The position numbers were made by a program, and so were the translations under genes. From a bacterium (lineage in GTDB: Bacteria > UBA8248 > JACPRG01 > G963555815), in the NCBI GenBank assembly GCA_965261595.1, contig CBDHDG010000007.1:192001-256000 (forward strand): a DNA stretch of 64,000 nucleotides, in the 5' to 3' direction. A model generated the notes under the pieces. That model was given only the letters and a program-made list of their open reading frames with translations. It had not been told where the DNA came from and ran no database searches. This document shows, piece after piece, positions 1 to 9,964 of the stretch (position 1 is its first letter; each line of letters starts with the position of its first letter).

Positions 1-5
1 AGGCA

Positions 6-803
6 TTGGCGGATCGGGCCCGGGCGATCCGCAGAGAGATCCTTCAGATGATCGTGGCCGCCGGCTCAGGCCATCCGGGCGGCTCGTTTTCCATGGTCGA
101 GCTCCTGCTCGTTCTCTACGATTCCTTTCTCCGTCATCGAACGCCCGAGGACCCGGACTGGGAGGACCGAGACCGGTTCATCCTCAGCAAGGGACACGGG
201 GCGCCGGCCCTGTACGCGATTCTGGCCGAGTTCGGGTACGTCTCCAAGGACGAGCTTGGCGACCTTCGAAAGCTGGGAAGCCGCCTACAGGGACATCCCG
301 ACAAAAGGTTTCTGCCCATCCTGGAGACCTCGACCGGCTCCTTGGGCCAGGGGCTTTCCTTCGGCGCCGGAACGGCGCTGGCGGCGCGAATCGACAAGAA
401 ACCGTACCGGACCTACGTCCTGATCGGGGACGGGGAATCCGAAGAGGGGCAGATCTGGGAGGCGGCCATGTTCGCCGCCCACCACAAGCTGGAGAACCTG
501 ACCGCGATCGTGGACGTGAACCGCATTCAGTTGGACGGATTCACCCGGGACATCGTGGACCTGGAACCCCTGACTGAAAAATGGAACTCGTTCGGATGGT
601 TTGTCCAGGATATCAACGGGCACGACCTCCGCCAGGTTTACGACGCCTTCGCGGCCTGCGCGTCCCACCGGGGGCGACCCGGCGTGATCATCGCGCGCAC
701 CGTGAAAGGCAAGGGGGCTTCCGAGATGGAGGATAACCCCGCCTTTCACGGCCGGGCGCCGAATCCCGAGGAAGCGGCGCGGGCCTTCGCGGACCTCGCC
801 TAG
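6..803 (+). CDS. Transketolase, N-terminal (ThDP-binding) subunit
   Basis: GSGHPGG, DRDRFILSKGH, LQGHP, TGSLGQG and GDGE motifs; true start may lie upstream of the window edge. Confidence 0.93.
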   Translation: MADRARAIRREILQMIVAAGSGHPGGSFSMVELLLVLYDSFLRHRTPEDPDWEDRDRFILSKGHGAPALYAILAEFGYVSKDELGDLRKLGSRLQGHPDKRFLPILETSTGSLGQGLSFGAGTALAARIDKKPYRTYVLIGDGESEEGQIWEAAMFAAHHKLENLTAIVDVNRIQLDGFTRDIVDLEPLTEKWNSFGWFVQDINGHDLRQVYDAFAACASHRGRPGVIIARTVKGKGASEMEDNPAFHGRAPNPEEAARAFADLA

Positions 804-814
804 GAGAAAGCCGG

Positions 815-1789
815 ATGCGACAGTTTGAGGTGGGCGGGGCGACGCGCGACGCCTACGGAAAGGCCCTGGTCGAGCTGGGCGAGGAAAACCCCGACATCGT
901 GGTCCTGGACGCCGACCTGAGTGAATCGACCCGGACGAAGAAGTTCAGCGAAAAGTTTCCGGACCGGTTCTTCAACGTCGGCATCGCCGAGGCCAACATG
1001 GTCTCCATGGCCGCCGGATTGGCGTCCTGTGGAAAGATCCCCTTCATCAGCAGTTTCGCCGTGTTCCTGATGTGCAAGGGATTCGACCAACTTCGGATGT
1101 GCGTGTCCTATCCGGGGATGAACGTGAAGGTGATCGCTTCGCACGGAGGGATCTCCATCGGAGAGGACGGGCCTTCCCAGCAGAGCGTGGAAGATCTGGC
1201 CCTGGCCTGTTCGCTGCCCGGCTTTCGGGTGGCCGTGCCGGCCGATGCCCGGGCCGCGCGTTGTCTTGTCCGGCAGGCGGCGGAACTGTCGGGTCCCGTT
1301 TACCTTCGGATGGGAAGACCCCGCGCGCCGATCATCTACTCGGAGAAGGACAAGATCGAATTTGGCCGGGCGGCGGTCCACCATCTCGGAAAAGACGTCA
1401 ACATCCTGACGAACGGCCTGCTTGTGGCGGAAGCCCTGAAGGCCAGCGACCTCGCCGGGGAAGAGAACCTGGATGTCGGCGTTGTGGATGTGCACACCTT
1501 GAAGCCGCTGGATGTCGAGACCGTGATCCAGGCGGCGCGGATGTCCGGGGCCTTGGTGGTCGCCGAAGAACACCTTCTGGTGGGGGGACTCTCCAATCAG
1601 GTGAGCCTGGCCGTGGCGCAATCCCATCCCGTCCCCATCGAGTTCGTGGGGCTGGACACCTACGCCGAATCGGGCAAGCCGTTCGAGCTGCTTGAGAAAT
1701 ATGGATTGACCGCTCCCTTCCTCCTGCGCGCTGTCGAAAAGGTTTTGCGGAAGAAAGAAGCTGGGCGCTCCGCCGTCTCCACCGCCTGA
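815..1789 (+). CDS. Transketolase, C-terminal subunit
   Basis: DADL..ST, FFNVGIAEANM, GEDGPSQQ, LKPLD and EEH motifs; directly follows the N-terminal subunit. Confidence 0.93.
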   Translation: MRQFEVGGATRDAYGKALVELGEENPDIVVLDADLSESTRTKKFSEKFPDRFFNVGIAEANMVSMAAGLASCGKIPFISSFAVFLMCKGFDQLRMCVSYPGMNVKVIASHGGISIGEDGPSQQSVEDLALACSLPGFRVAVPADARAARCLVRQAAELSGPVYLRMGRPRAPIIYSEKDKIEFGRAAVHHLGKDVNILTNGLLVAEALKASDLAGEENLDVGVVDVHTLKPLDVETVIQAARMSGALVVAEEHLLVGGLSNQVSLAVAQSHPVPIEFVGLDTYAESGKPFELLEKYGLTAPFLLRAVEKVLRKKEAGRSAVSTA

Positions 1790-1890
1790 GTTGCGGATCC
1801 CGGATCACCGGAGAACGCGGCTCCGCCCAACGCACACATTCCCTTCAGTGAATACCAGAGTCCCGGAATATCGCCCTCCATGCTTCTTCC

Positions 1891-1920
1891 TTGACAATCC
1901 GGGGAAGCCGCTCCCATACT
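1891..1920 (+). promoter_or_regulatory. Putative sigma70 promoter
   Basis: TTGACA-18 bp-CATACT upstream of the 1948 ORF. Confidence 0.5.
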
Positions 1921-1947
1921 GAGCCCTAGAGAGAATTCGACGCACCG

Positions 1948-3741
1948 GTGCGCATGCCGGAGGCGATAAAGCGTATCTTTTTCGGTCTGGATATGACGAA
2001 GCGATCCGGGAAGCGACGCACGAGGTCCGCCCCGGCGGCCACAAGCTCAAAGCGAAGACAACTCAACGAGTTTCTCGAAAAAATCCTTGATGCCCTGAAA
2101 CGGAAAAACGGCTTCCAGGAGGCTGAGGAACTTGTCGCTGAGTTGGAGATTCACACCGGGGCTTTCCTGCCGGCTTTCGTGCGCAGAATCGAGGAAGCCG
2201 GCCGAGAAGAGCGCCTGGCGCTTCTGGATTTAATCTCCCACCTGGAAAACCCCGAAGCCGTCCCCCATTTGGAGTACCTGATCTTTGAAGCCGCTGTGGA
2301 TGTCTCGGCCAAGCGGCGGTCGGCGGAAATCCTGGAGCAAATGGGCAGGCCGCTTGAAGTGGGGATGGCGGAATCGCTGAAAAACGCCGCCCAGATCATC
2401 GAAGGGGTTCCAGCGCTCAAGCCGGAGTCCATCCACGGGTCGAATCCCTTATTCGTAAAGTTTGTTCGGCTTCCCCCCACGCTCCGAAAGGCCGCGCTCA
2501 CCGAGCTGGCCTCCGTGGCGCCCGGGACGGCCCTTGAATTTATCGAGCTGCTGCGCAGCCGTGAAAACCTTCCGCCCCCTGAAACCGTGGAAGCCCTGGT
2601 CATTCTCGAAGACCCCCGGGCCGTCAAGATCCTCCGCGAGTATCTCAATGGGACAACGGACAAAGAAACGGGGCGCGTCGTACGCCGCGCTTTGTATCGA
2701 CTGAAAGCCCGCGGGCTGCCGGTTGAGGAGGGAAACGCCGGGATAAAGCCGGCCGGCCAGGGGATTTTCCGCCCTGTTGTCACGCCCTCTCAAGGGTTCA
2801 TGAGTGTTGTCGATGGATCGGGATCGAGGGTCGTCTGGCTTGCGAAACCTCTCCAAGGGGGCGGTCGTCTTCTGTTCCAGGCCGTCGTCAGTGATGACGA
2901 AGGACTGATGGACTTCAACGCCTACGAGCTGAATCTCTCCCCCTTCCGATCCTATATCAAGGAGATCACCGGCCGGGCGCTCGAATTTCCGGTGATCGAG
3001 GTTCCGCCCGGATACGCCTCTTTCCTGATCGATGAAGCCTACCGGCTGAGACTGTCTCGGAACGAGGAGATCCCTCAAGAATATCCGATCCACCAGCGTC
3101 AGATCAGGGATGGGGCCGAGGAAAACCGGCCCAGCTTGAAGGAGGCGCTGGATGAAGCGCGTATGGACCCCGTGGGAGCGGTGTCCGCCGAAGAGATGAA
3201 AACGCTCCTCGGCCAACCAATGTTTTCCAACTGGGTTTTGAGCAAGAAAGAAACCTCTCCCTATGTGGAGGAGGTGAAGGCGCTCCTGGAAAGTCAGCTC
3301 ATCGTCAGTCATGAAGCGCGTCGAGAGCAGTTGACGGTGGCCTGCCGGAAAGCCACGGCCGCCCTCTTTCCGGCGGAGCGCGTGGAGCGGTGCGCCAAGC
3401 GGCTCGAAGATACGGCCTATGTGCTCCTGAAATCGGAGCACCGGGATCTTGCCCGTTCGGTTGCGGGTGTTGCAAAAAGCCTGCGGGAGCTCGACGGAGA
3501 TCCGGCCGAGCATCCTTTCCTGTACGGCATGGTCTTCCGCTCGGTTGTGGCCCTCTTGTCAAGGGAGATCCCGGTGGAAAAGGCTGGGGGGGATCCCCAA
3601 CCCCAGGACAGTGATCGGACGCGGCGCGAGGAACCCTCTTTGATCCTCACCCCAAGCGAGCTCCGCCAAACGGCCGCGAAAAGACCGACCGAAGATCCGT
3701 CCAGGGCGGGGGGCGGTCCAGCGCTCATCATCCCGGGCTGA
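1948..3741 (+). CDS. Hypothetical alpha-helical (HEAT-repeat-like) protein
   Basis: 597-aa ORF with HEAT-like segments (e.g. VVRRALYRLKARG); start uncertain. Confidence 0.7.
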   Translation: MRMPEAIKRIFFGLDMTKRSGKRRTRSAPAATSSKRRQLNEFLEKILDALKRKNGFQEAEELVAELEIHTGAFLPAFVRRIEEAGREERLALLDLISHLENPEAVPHLEYLIFEAAVDVSAKRRSAEILEQMGRPLEVGMAESLKNAAQIIEGVPALKPESIHGSNPLFVKFVRLPPTLRKAALTELASVAPGTALEFIELLRSRENLPPPETVEALVILEDPRAVKILREYLNGTTDKETGRVVRRALYRLKARGLPVEEGNAGIKPAGQGIFRPVVTPSQGFMSVVDGSGSRVVWLAKPLQGGGRLLFQAVVSDDEGLMDFNAYELNLSPFRSYIKEITGRALEFPVIEVPPGYASFLIDEAYRLRLSRNEEIPQEYPIHQRQIRDGAEENRPSLKEALDEARMDPVGAVSAEEMKTLLGQPMFSNWVLSKKETSPYVEEVKALLESQLIVSHEARREQLTVACRKATAALFPAERVERCAKRLEDTAYVLLKSEHRDLARSVAGVAKSLRELDGDPAEHPFLYGMVFRSVVALLSREIPVEKAGGDPQPQDSDRTRREEPSLILTPSELRQTAAKRPTEDPSRAGGGPALIIPG

Positions 3742-3978
3742 AAGCCGACTTTCGGCCCGGGGGATCCTTGCGGACACCTCTCGCAATAATCTCCCGGCGG
3801 TATTGATCGGCCGGCGGCTCCCGGAATTCGTGCGGGTCCTTTCACAACGGAAAAGCGTGGGAAGCTCTATGCGCCCGTTCGCGAAAGGCCTCCGATTGAG
3901 CGACTGCATGGCTTTCACAATGGCCCGTCGAGGCAAACACGAAATTCCCCCGCGGAGGCGGATGTCAAGGAATCCGAT

Positions 3979-4758
3979 TTGACCGATACGGGCGCGGGGA
4001 GGACTGGAAGAACGCCGGCGAAGAAGGCCGTCATACTCGCGGCCGGCTCGGGGACCCGGCTGCGGGTCGGCGGGCGGGCGTCACCCAAACCACTGGTCGA
4101 GGTCTTGGGCGTCAGTTTGCTGGAGAGGCAGCTTCAGTGTCTGACCCGACTCATCCATCTAGATGAAGTGATTGTCGTGCTCGGATGCGAAGCGGACGCG
4201 GTGCGCGAGCGGATCGAACACAGCGGACCCTGGCCCTTTATCGTCCGCGCCGTTGACAACGCCGACTGGGCCCGTGGAAACGGGACTTCCCTTTATTCCG
4301 CGAAGGACTGGGTCGAGGGGGAGGGAGAGGGTTTCTTTGTCTTGATGGCGGATCACATGTTCGAGCCCGAAACCCTGGAGCGTTTCGCCGCAAAGGCCGG
4401 CGGAGAACCGGCGCTCTCGGTTTCGAACGGGAGCGGTCCGACAATCGACCTGGACGACGCGACCAAAGTCAGCGTCGACGAGCAGGGGCGGATACGGAAG
4501 ATCAGCAAGACCCTTTCTGAATTCACCGCTGTGGAGATGGGCCTCTTCTATTTAGACGGCCAGATCTTCCCGGCTCTGGAGCGGGCGTTCCGTGAGGGGG
4601 AACACAGCCTGACCTCCGGCGTTCAGCGCTTGATTGCGGAGACTCCCCTGCTGGCCGTACCGTCGTCTGATGCCTGGTTTGACATCGATACGATCGACGA
4701 TTTGCGCCATGCGGAGCGCCACCTCCTCCGAAAAATACAATCCCCAAGCGACGCCTGA
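3979..4758 (+). CDS. NTP transferase family cytidylyltransferase (IPCT/LicC-like)
   Basis: AVILAAGSGTRL...PKPL, GNGTSL, MADH, DDATKV and WFDIDT motifs. Confidence 0.85.
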   Translation: MTDTGAGRTGRTPAKKAVILAAGSGTRLRVGGRASPKPLVEVLGVSLLERQLQCLTRLIHLDEVIVVLGCEADAVRERIEHSGPWPFIVRAVDNADWARGNGTSLYSAKDWVEGEGEGFFVLMADHMFEPETLERFAAKAGGEPALSVSNGSGPTIDLDDATKVSVDEQGRIRKISKTLSEFTAVEMGLFYLDGQIFPALERAFREGEHSLTSGVQRLIAETPLLAVPSSDAWFDIDTIDDLRHAERHLLRKIQSPSDA

Positions 4759-4800
4759 TCGCGAGGCCGCGCCCCGGCCGACCCTGGGCGAGAAATCGGG

Positions 4801-5646
4801 TCAATCTCCGGACTTCCAGCCGGGGACCCGGCCCGAAAAGAGTTTGGGCAGCTCTTCCGGGTCGAACCGGAGGCCGATGCAGAACGGCCCAAACTCCGCG
4901 TATAACGCACTGGCCTCGTCGAACCGCATTTCGTAGATCAGCTTCTTGTACACCAGCGGGTCCGGCGCAAACAGGTACACGCCCCATTCCCAATCATCGA
5001 AGCCGATGCTGCCGGTGATGATCTGCGAGACGCGCCCGGCGTACTTCCTTCCGATCATGCCGTGATCGCGCATCATGTGCTGGCGCTTATCCATCGGAAC
5101 TTGGTACCAGTTCACCACCTCGCCCCGCCGCTTCTCCATGGGATAGAAGCACAAATATCGGTCACGGGGCATAGGCAGATACAGGCGGGCGCGCACGCGC
5201 TCCTTTTGCGCGGCCATCTCGGATTTCCACCTTTCCTTCCATTCCTCGCTGTCCGGCTCGAGGCCGTCGGCCAGAAATTGCTCGTGGAGCTTTGCTGTCA
5301 GCTCGTACAAACCAAGCTCGACATACGAGAGGTAGGAATCCGACGCCGTCAGGTGTTCCGCCAGGGCGAGTTGCGCGAAACCCAATTCCACCTGATTCAG
5401 CTCATCGAAGGTGGGTCGGAAATGAAGCAGGAGAAGGTCGCCCTTGTGCCCCAGTAAGCTGAAGACCCCGCTTTCGCCGCGGGGCGGGCCGGAGACGCGC
5501 TCCAGAAAATTTACAGCCTCCAGGGTCGCCTGGCTCCTTTCCCGTTCCGAAAGGCGGTTCCAGGAAGCCCGGTTGATGCGGAAGACCTGGTGCAAGACGG
5601 CCCACCCCTCCAACGTTTCGGGAACAACGGCTTGATTTTCAGTCAC
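4801..5646 (-). CDS. chdC: Coproheme decarboxylase (HemQ/ChdC, chlorite dismutase family)
   Basis: PETLEGW, FYPMEKRR..NWY, DHG..GR.YAG, QIITGSIGFDDWEWGV and YEMRFDE motifs. Confidence 0.85.
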   Translation of the reverse strand: MTENQAVVPETLEGWAVLHQVFRINRASWNRLSERERSQATLEAVNFLERVSGPPRGESGVFSLLGHKGDLLLLHFRPTFDELNQVELGFAQLALAEHLTASDSYLSYVELGLYELTAKLHEQFLADGLEPDSEEWKERWKSEMAAQKERVRARLYLPMPRDRYLCFYPMEKRRGEVVNWYQVPMDKRQHMMRDHGMIGRKYAGRVSQIITGSIGFDDWEWGVYLFAPDPLVYKKLIYEMRFDEASALYAEFGPFCIGLRFDPEELPKLFSGRVPGWKSGD

Positions 5647-5658
5647 GAAGGGTGCTCC

Positions 5659-6720
5659 TTAAGTCATCCGGCCATGGCGGGGTCGGTCCCCCTCCCCTTC
5701 GGGCGCGCCGGGCGGGTTACCGGCCTTGGGGATCTCTCGCAAAACATAGGAGGGTTTGTTCATGGCCCTGTAATAAACACGGGCGAGAAGCTCGCCGAGG
5801 AGTCCCATCAAGAGAAGCTGGAGGCCGACGACGATCAGCAAAACGCCCAGGATCAACAGGGGGCGGCCGCCGATGTCCGCGCCCGTGCTCAGCTTGAGGA
5901 TTGTCAGGTAGAGGGAGATCCCCATGCCCGCCGCCCCGGAAATCATCCCTATGCCTCCAAAAAATCGAATGGGACTGGTTGAATAGCTCAGAAAGAACTT
6001 GACGACCAGGAGGTCCATCAGGACCCGAAAGATTCGGGTGGATGAATATTTCGATGCCCCGCGGACACGGGGACGGTGATTCACTTCAATCTCGGATACC
6101 CGGATGCCCATCCAGGAAGCCACGGCGGGAGTAAACCGATGGTGGTCGCCCCACAATTCCAGGTTCTCCACCACTTCTCTGCGATACGCCTTGAGCGTGC
6201 ATCCATAATCCCGGAGGTGGACCCCCGTGATCCACGAGATCAGCCGGTTGGCTATCCGTGAAGGAAGTCGGCGGGTCCAGAAGGCGTCCTTGCGGTCTTT
6301 CCGCCAGCCGCTGACAATGTCATGGTCTTTGAGCGACTCCAACAGCCTGGGAATATCGGCCGGGTCGTTTTGAAGGTCCGCGTCCATGGTGACAACGACT
6401 TCGCCCCCGGCCCGATCGAAGCCGGCCGACATCGCCGCCGTCTGGCCGAAGTTCCGTCTCAGATGGAGAACGGCCGTGACCGGGCTCCCTGCTTGAATAT
6501 CTTGCAGAATCTCCTCACTGCCGTCCGTGCTGCCGTCGTTCACGTAGATAATTTCGTACGGGACGCCGATAGTCTCCAGAGCGGAGATCAACTGGTCATG
6601 CAGGGGGAGGAGGTTGTCTTTTTCGTTGTAAACAGGGATGACGACGGACACGCCAAGAGAGGTTTCTTTCATTTCTATGTCAATGTCCTGGGCCGGTTCG
6701 GTCAGCTTGGCCAAGCCCAT
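5659..6720 (-). CDS. GT2 polyprenol-phosphate glycosyltransferase (ArnC-like)
   Basis: SVVIPVYNE, NDGSTD, RNFGQTAA, MDADLQNDP, DYGCTLKAY; two C-terminal TM helices. Confidence 0.9.
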   Translation of the reverse strand: MGLAKLTEPAQDIDIEMKETSLGVSVVIPVYNEKDNLLPLHDQLISALETIGVPYEIIYVNDGSTDGSEEILQDIQAGSPVTAVLHLRRNFGQTAAMSAGFDRAGGEVVVTMDADLQNDPADIPRLLESLKDHDIVSGWRKDRKDAFWTRRLPSRIANRLISWITGVHLRDYGCTLKAYRREVVENLELWGDHHRFTPAVASWMGIRVSEIEVNHRPRVRGASKYSSTRIFRVLMDLLVVKFFLSYSTSPIRFFGGIGMISGAAGMGISLYLTILKLSTGADIGGRPLLILGVLLIVVGLQLLLMGLLGELLARVYYRAMNKPSYVLREIPKAGNPPGAPEGEGDRPRHGRMT

Positions 6721-6745
6721 TGTGACCTCTTCCAATTCCCCGCCG

Positions 6746-8815
6746 CTATTTCGGGGAACCCGTGTACCCCAGAAGCCGAAAGAGGGTGACCGACCGGATG
6801 ACTTCGGATTTCCCCCGTTTCACATGAAAGAAGGCTTCGCGACTCCAGGTGTTGAACGCACGCCGGACAGATGAGGGCGGCTCAACCCACTCCCCCACCA
6901 TGACCAGCAGCGCCCTCCAGCCCTCCGGGCCATTGGGATAGCCCAGGGTCCGGACCCGGCGAACGCCCGGCTTCTGAAGGGGAACTCCATCGGGCCTCGT
7001 GTAGAAGGAAATCGCCGCCGCCGTTCCGGAATCGGCCGCCAGGAGCACCGTTTCCTCCCCCATTTCTTTGAGGCTTCGGCTCACCCGTTCTCCCAATTGC
7101 CTCCAACCGGTGACCTGATTTGCGAAAACGCTTTCGGGAAGCCATTGGAACTCCAACTTCCGCAGAAGTCCTCCGTTCAGCAGGATCGCAGTGTGGAACA
7201 ACCCCGTCAGTAAAACAAGGGCCAGGATTTTCAAAAGGTGCAGACTTTGATCATTTCGTCGCCGGAGGATCTCAGTGGTTGCGCCAACGGCCGTCATCCA
7301 GGCCGGGAGCCAGATGGGGGCCGCCCATTCGGCGCGCGCGCCACCCGCTTTGCTCCACACCAGGAAACATCCGATCAAGACCGGGAAGAACCACGCAAGA
7401 TGAAGGTATTCCTTGTTCCGCTCCCGCAACCCCTTACAAAAAACCCAAGCCCCCCCCCACAGAATGAAGATCACCAAAGGGGCCGATAATTGAACCAAGG
7501 GCCAAAGCAGGAACGCCCCGAATTCCTCGGGCGGCCCACCGGCCGAAGGCCGCGACCCGGTCTCCGCCCCCAGCGCCCAGGGGGTGAACGTAACGGCGAC
7601 CGCAAAGGCCAGCCCCAAGTAAGGAGCGGCCCGGGTCAGTTGTCGGCGTCCGGCCCGGGTCAGAACCACTCGAAAGACGGCCAGGGGAACGAGGAGAACG
7701 GAAAACGGGTGAGTCCGAACGGCCAGAGCGACACACAGGCCCCAGACCCACCAGCCCCACGGGGGGAGGGCCTCGTCCTCCCGGCCGATGGACCACTCGG
7801 CGGCCGCCAGCGCTCCTGCCCAGAACAGGAAGGAGAGCGTCGTCTCCGTCAGACTCGCGCCGCCGATCCCGAAAACGGGAGCTGCGAGGAGACCGAGTCC
7901 CGCTATCGGACCCGCCCACCTGGACCAGGGAAAAGCGCGCCGAGCCCACGCGTAGAGGATGATGCTCGTCAGGATGGAAGCCGCAATGGAAAAAATCCTC
8001 ACGCCCCATTCCGAATCGCCGAGCAGGCTCACACCCGCCGCGGCCAAAGCCTCGGCGGGCGAAGCGCTGAGCCAACCCCACCCACCGATGTCTCGGGCCT
8101 GATCCCACAAGGCCGCTTCACCGGGCGCCAGATCCGTCCAGCCCGCCCACCCCAGACGAACCAACGCGGCGACACCGAGACAGCACCAGAAAACGACGGA
8201 TGGATTGACGAACACCGGAATCCGGGATCTCGAGATCCGGCCTTGCGGAAAGAACCACCCAACCATGCGCCGGTCAACGGCTTCCAGCCGAAAACGGAAC
8301 ACACGGACGATCAGAAGAGCGACCCCGAGACCCAGGAGCACCCCTGCCAGGACGTCGCCGGGATAGTGTTTTCCGTGCACCACCCTGGACAGGCCGACCA
8401 ATCCCGCGACGGGCAAGGAGATGAAAAACGCCCGTCCATAGAACAAACCGAGAACGACCGCCTGGGCGGCCACGTTCGAGGCATGTCCGGACGGCATGGC
8501 GAAGCTCCGGGTGCAGCCCCCCAGCAGGCGGATCTCCTGCAAAACATGACAAGGCCTCAGCCGGGCGACCAGAGGCTTGATGACATCCGACACCAGGAAC
8601 TCCGTCAGCAGAAGGGCCAACAGCGCCGTCACAACATAAACCCGCGCGCGTGGGCCGCCCAGTATCACCAGGCTCAGGACGGCCAGCGCGATGGGGGCGA
8701 TCCAAAGATTCGCCTGCCCCAACGCCGACAGAAGGACGGAAAACCACTCCGGCCAATTCATTGTGTTGACGAAGTGAAAGAGGTTCAGGTCAAGTGTTTG
8801 TAGTCGGGAGAGCAT
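6746..8815 (-). CDS. PAP2 phosphatase fused to an ArnT/GT39-like membrane glycosyltransferase
   Basis: N-terminal KxxxxRxRP, PSGH and SRxxxGxHYPxDV motifs, followed by a multi-TM ArnT-like region. Confidence 0.75.
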   Translation of the reverse strand: MLSRLQTLDLNLFHFVNTMNWPEWFSVLLSALGQANLWIAPIALAVLSLVILGGPRARVYVVTALLALLLTEFLVSDVIKPLVARLRPCHVLQEIRLLGGCTRSFAMPSGHASNVAAQAVVLGLFYGRAFFISLPVAGLVGLSRVVHGKHYPGDVLAGVLLGLGVALLIVRVFRFRLEAVDRRMVGWFFPQGRISRSRIPVFVNPSVVFWCCLGVAALVRLGWAGWTDLAPGEAALWDQARDIGGWGWLSASPAEALAAAGVSLLGDSEWGVRIFSIAASILTSIILYAWARRAFPWSRWAGPIAGLGLLAAPVFGIGGASLTETTLSFLFWAGALAAAEWSIGREDEALPPWGWWVWGLCVALAVRTHPFSVLLVPLAVFRVVLTRAGRRQLTRAAPYLGLAFAVAVTFTPWALGAETGSRPSAGGPPEEFGAFLLWPLVQLSAPLVIFILWGGAWVFCKGLRERNKEYLHLAWFFPVLIGCFLVWSKAGGARAEWAAPIWLPAWMTAVGATTEILRRRNDQSLHLLKILALVLLTGLFHTAILLNGGLLRKLEFQWLPESVFANQVTGWRQLGERVSRSLKEMGEETVLLAADSGTAAAISFYTRPDGVPLQKPGVRRVRTLGYPNGPEGWRALLVMVGEWVEPPSSVRRAFNTWSREAFFHVKRGKSEVIRSVTLFRLLGYTGSPK

Positions 8816-8895
8816 GTCCGGCCGAATCTAACGTCCAATGGAGAAGGATTGGACTCCGGGAGATGCGCAGGGGTCAGGGCGGCTTCTCTTCAGGC

Positions 8896-9903
8896 CTACG
8901 CAAATTCTCCGCGGAGTTCTCGATTCATCAATTCTTCCAGCGCCGTCTGGGGGCTTTGCCCTTCGAAGAGGATACGATGGGTTTGCTCAATGATCGGAAG
9001 CTCGACCCCTTCCCGCTCGCCGAGATGTTTGGCGGCCTTTGTCGTCTCGACCCCCTCGGCGACCATCTTCATTCCATCCAGGATTTCCGAAAGCTTCTCT
9101 CCACCCCCCAGGCGGAGTCCGACGGTCCGGTTGCGGCTCAACTCTCCCGTCCCGGTGAGGACCAGATCGCCAAACCCTGTGAGACCGGAGAATGTCTTCG
9201 CGTCCGCCCCCATCGCCTCCCCAAGGCGGGTGATTTCGGCCATCCCCCGGACGAGCAGGGCCGCGCGGGCGCTGTATCCGAGGCCCAGGCCGTCGGAGAC
9301 GCCCGCCGTGAGGGCGATAACGTTCTTGAGAGCGCCCCCAAGCTCCACGCCGATCACGTCGTCTCCCGTGTACACCCTGAACGCGGGGCCGGAAAACAGA
9401 TCCTGCACCCAATGGGCGGCTTCGGAATCGTTCGACGCAACCACGGCCGCCGCCGGAAGTCCGATGCTGACCTCCCCGGCGAATGTCGGACCCGACAGGG
9501 CGCACAGCCGGAGTCGGCGCCCCGGGCCGGCGGCTTCCTGAATCGTTCGGGTCATGGTTCGGAGGGATTCTGTTTCGATCCCCTTTGACACACTGATCAC
9601 AATCGCGTTTTCCGGAACCGCGGGAGCGAGCGCTTCCCAGAGCTTCCCGACAATGTGCGAAGGCGCGGCGGATACGATGGCGGCCGCGCCCGCCACCGAG
9701 GCTCTCAGATCATTGGTCGGTGTGATGCGGCGGCTCAAGCGGACGCCGGGAAGAAACACCGGATTCTCGCGTCGCCGCTCGATGGCCTCCCGGACATCGG
9801 GTTCATAGACCCAGAGGCTGACGTCGTTTCCCTGTTGAGCCAGGTGGTGGGCCAGGGTGGTCCCCCAACTCCCGGCGCCGACCACCGCAATTCGTTCGGT
9901 CAT
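8896..9903 (-). CDS. gpsA: NAD(P)H-dependent glycerol-3-phosphate dehydrogenase
   Basis: GAGSWGT, SKGIE, LSGPTFA, GVELGGALKN, GDLVLT and SRN motifs. Confidence 0.96.
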   Translation of the reverse strand: MTERIAVVGAGSWGTTLAHHLAQQGNDVSLWVYEPDVREAIERRRENPVFLPGVRLSRRITPTNDLRASVAGAAAIVSAAPSHIVGKLWEALAPAVPENAIVISVSKGIETESLRTMTRTIQEAAGPGRRLRLCALSGPTFAGEVSIGLPAAAVVASNDSEAAHWVQDLFSGPAFRVYTGDDVIGVELGGALKNVIALTAGVSDGLGLGYSARAALLVRGMAEITRLGEAMGADAKTFSGLTGFGDLVLTGTGELSRNRTVGLRLGGGEKLSEILDGMKMVAEGVETTKAAKHLGEREGVELPIIEQTHRILFEGQSPQTALEELMNRELRGEFA

Positions 9904-9964
9904 GAGATTTCCTAAGAAACCGCTCAGTTCGTCGAGTTTCCGATCCACTCGCCGGGTCGGCTCG

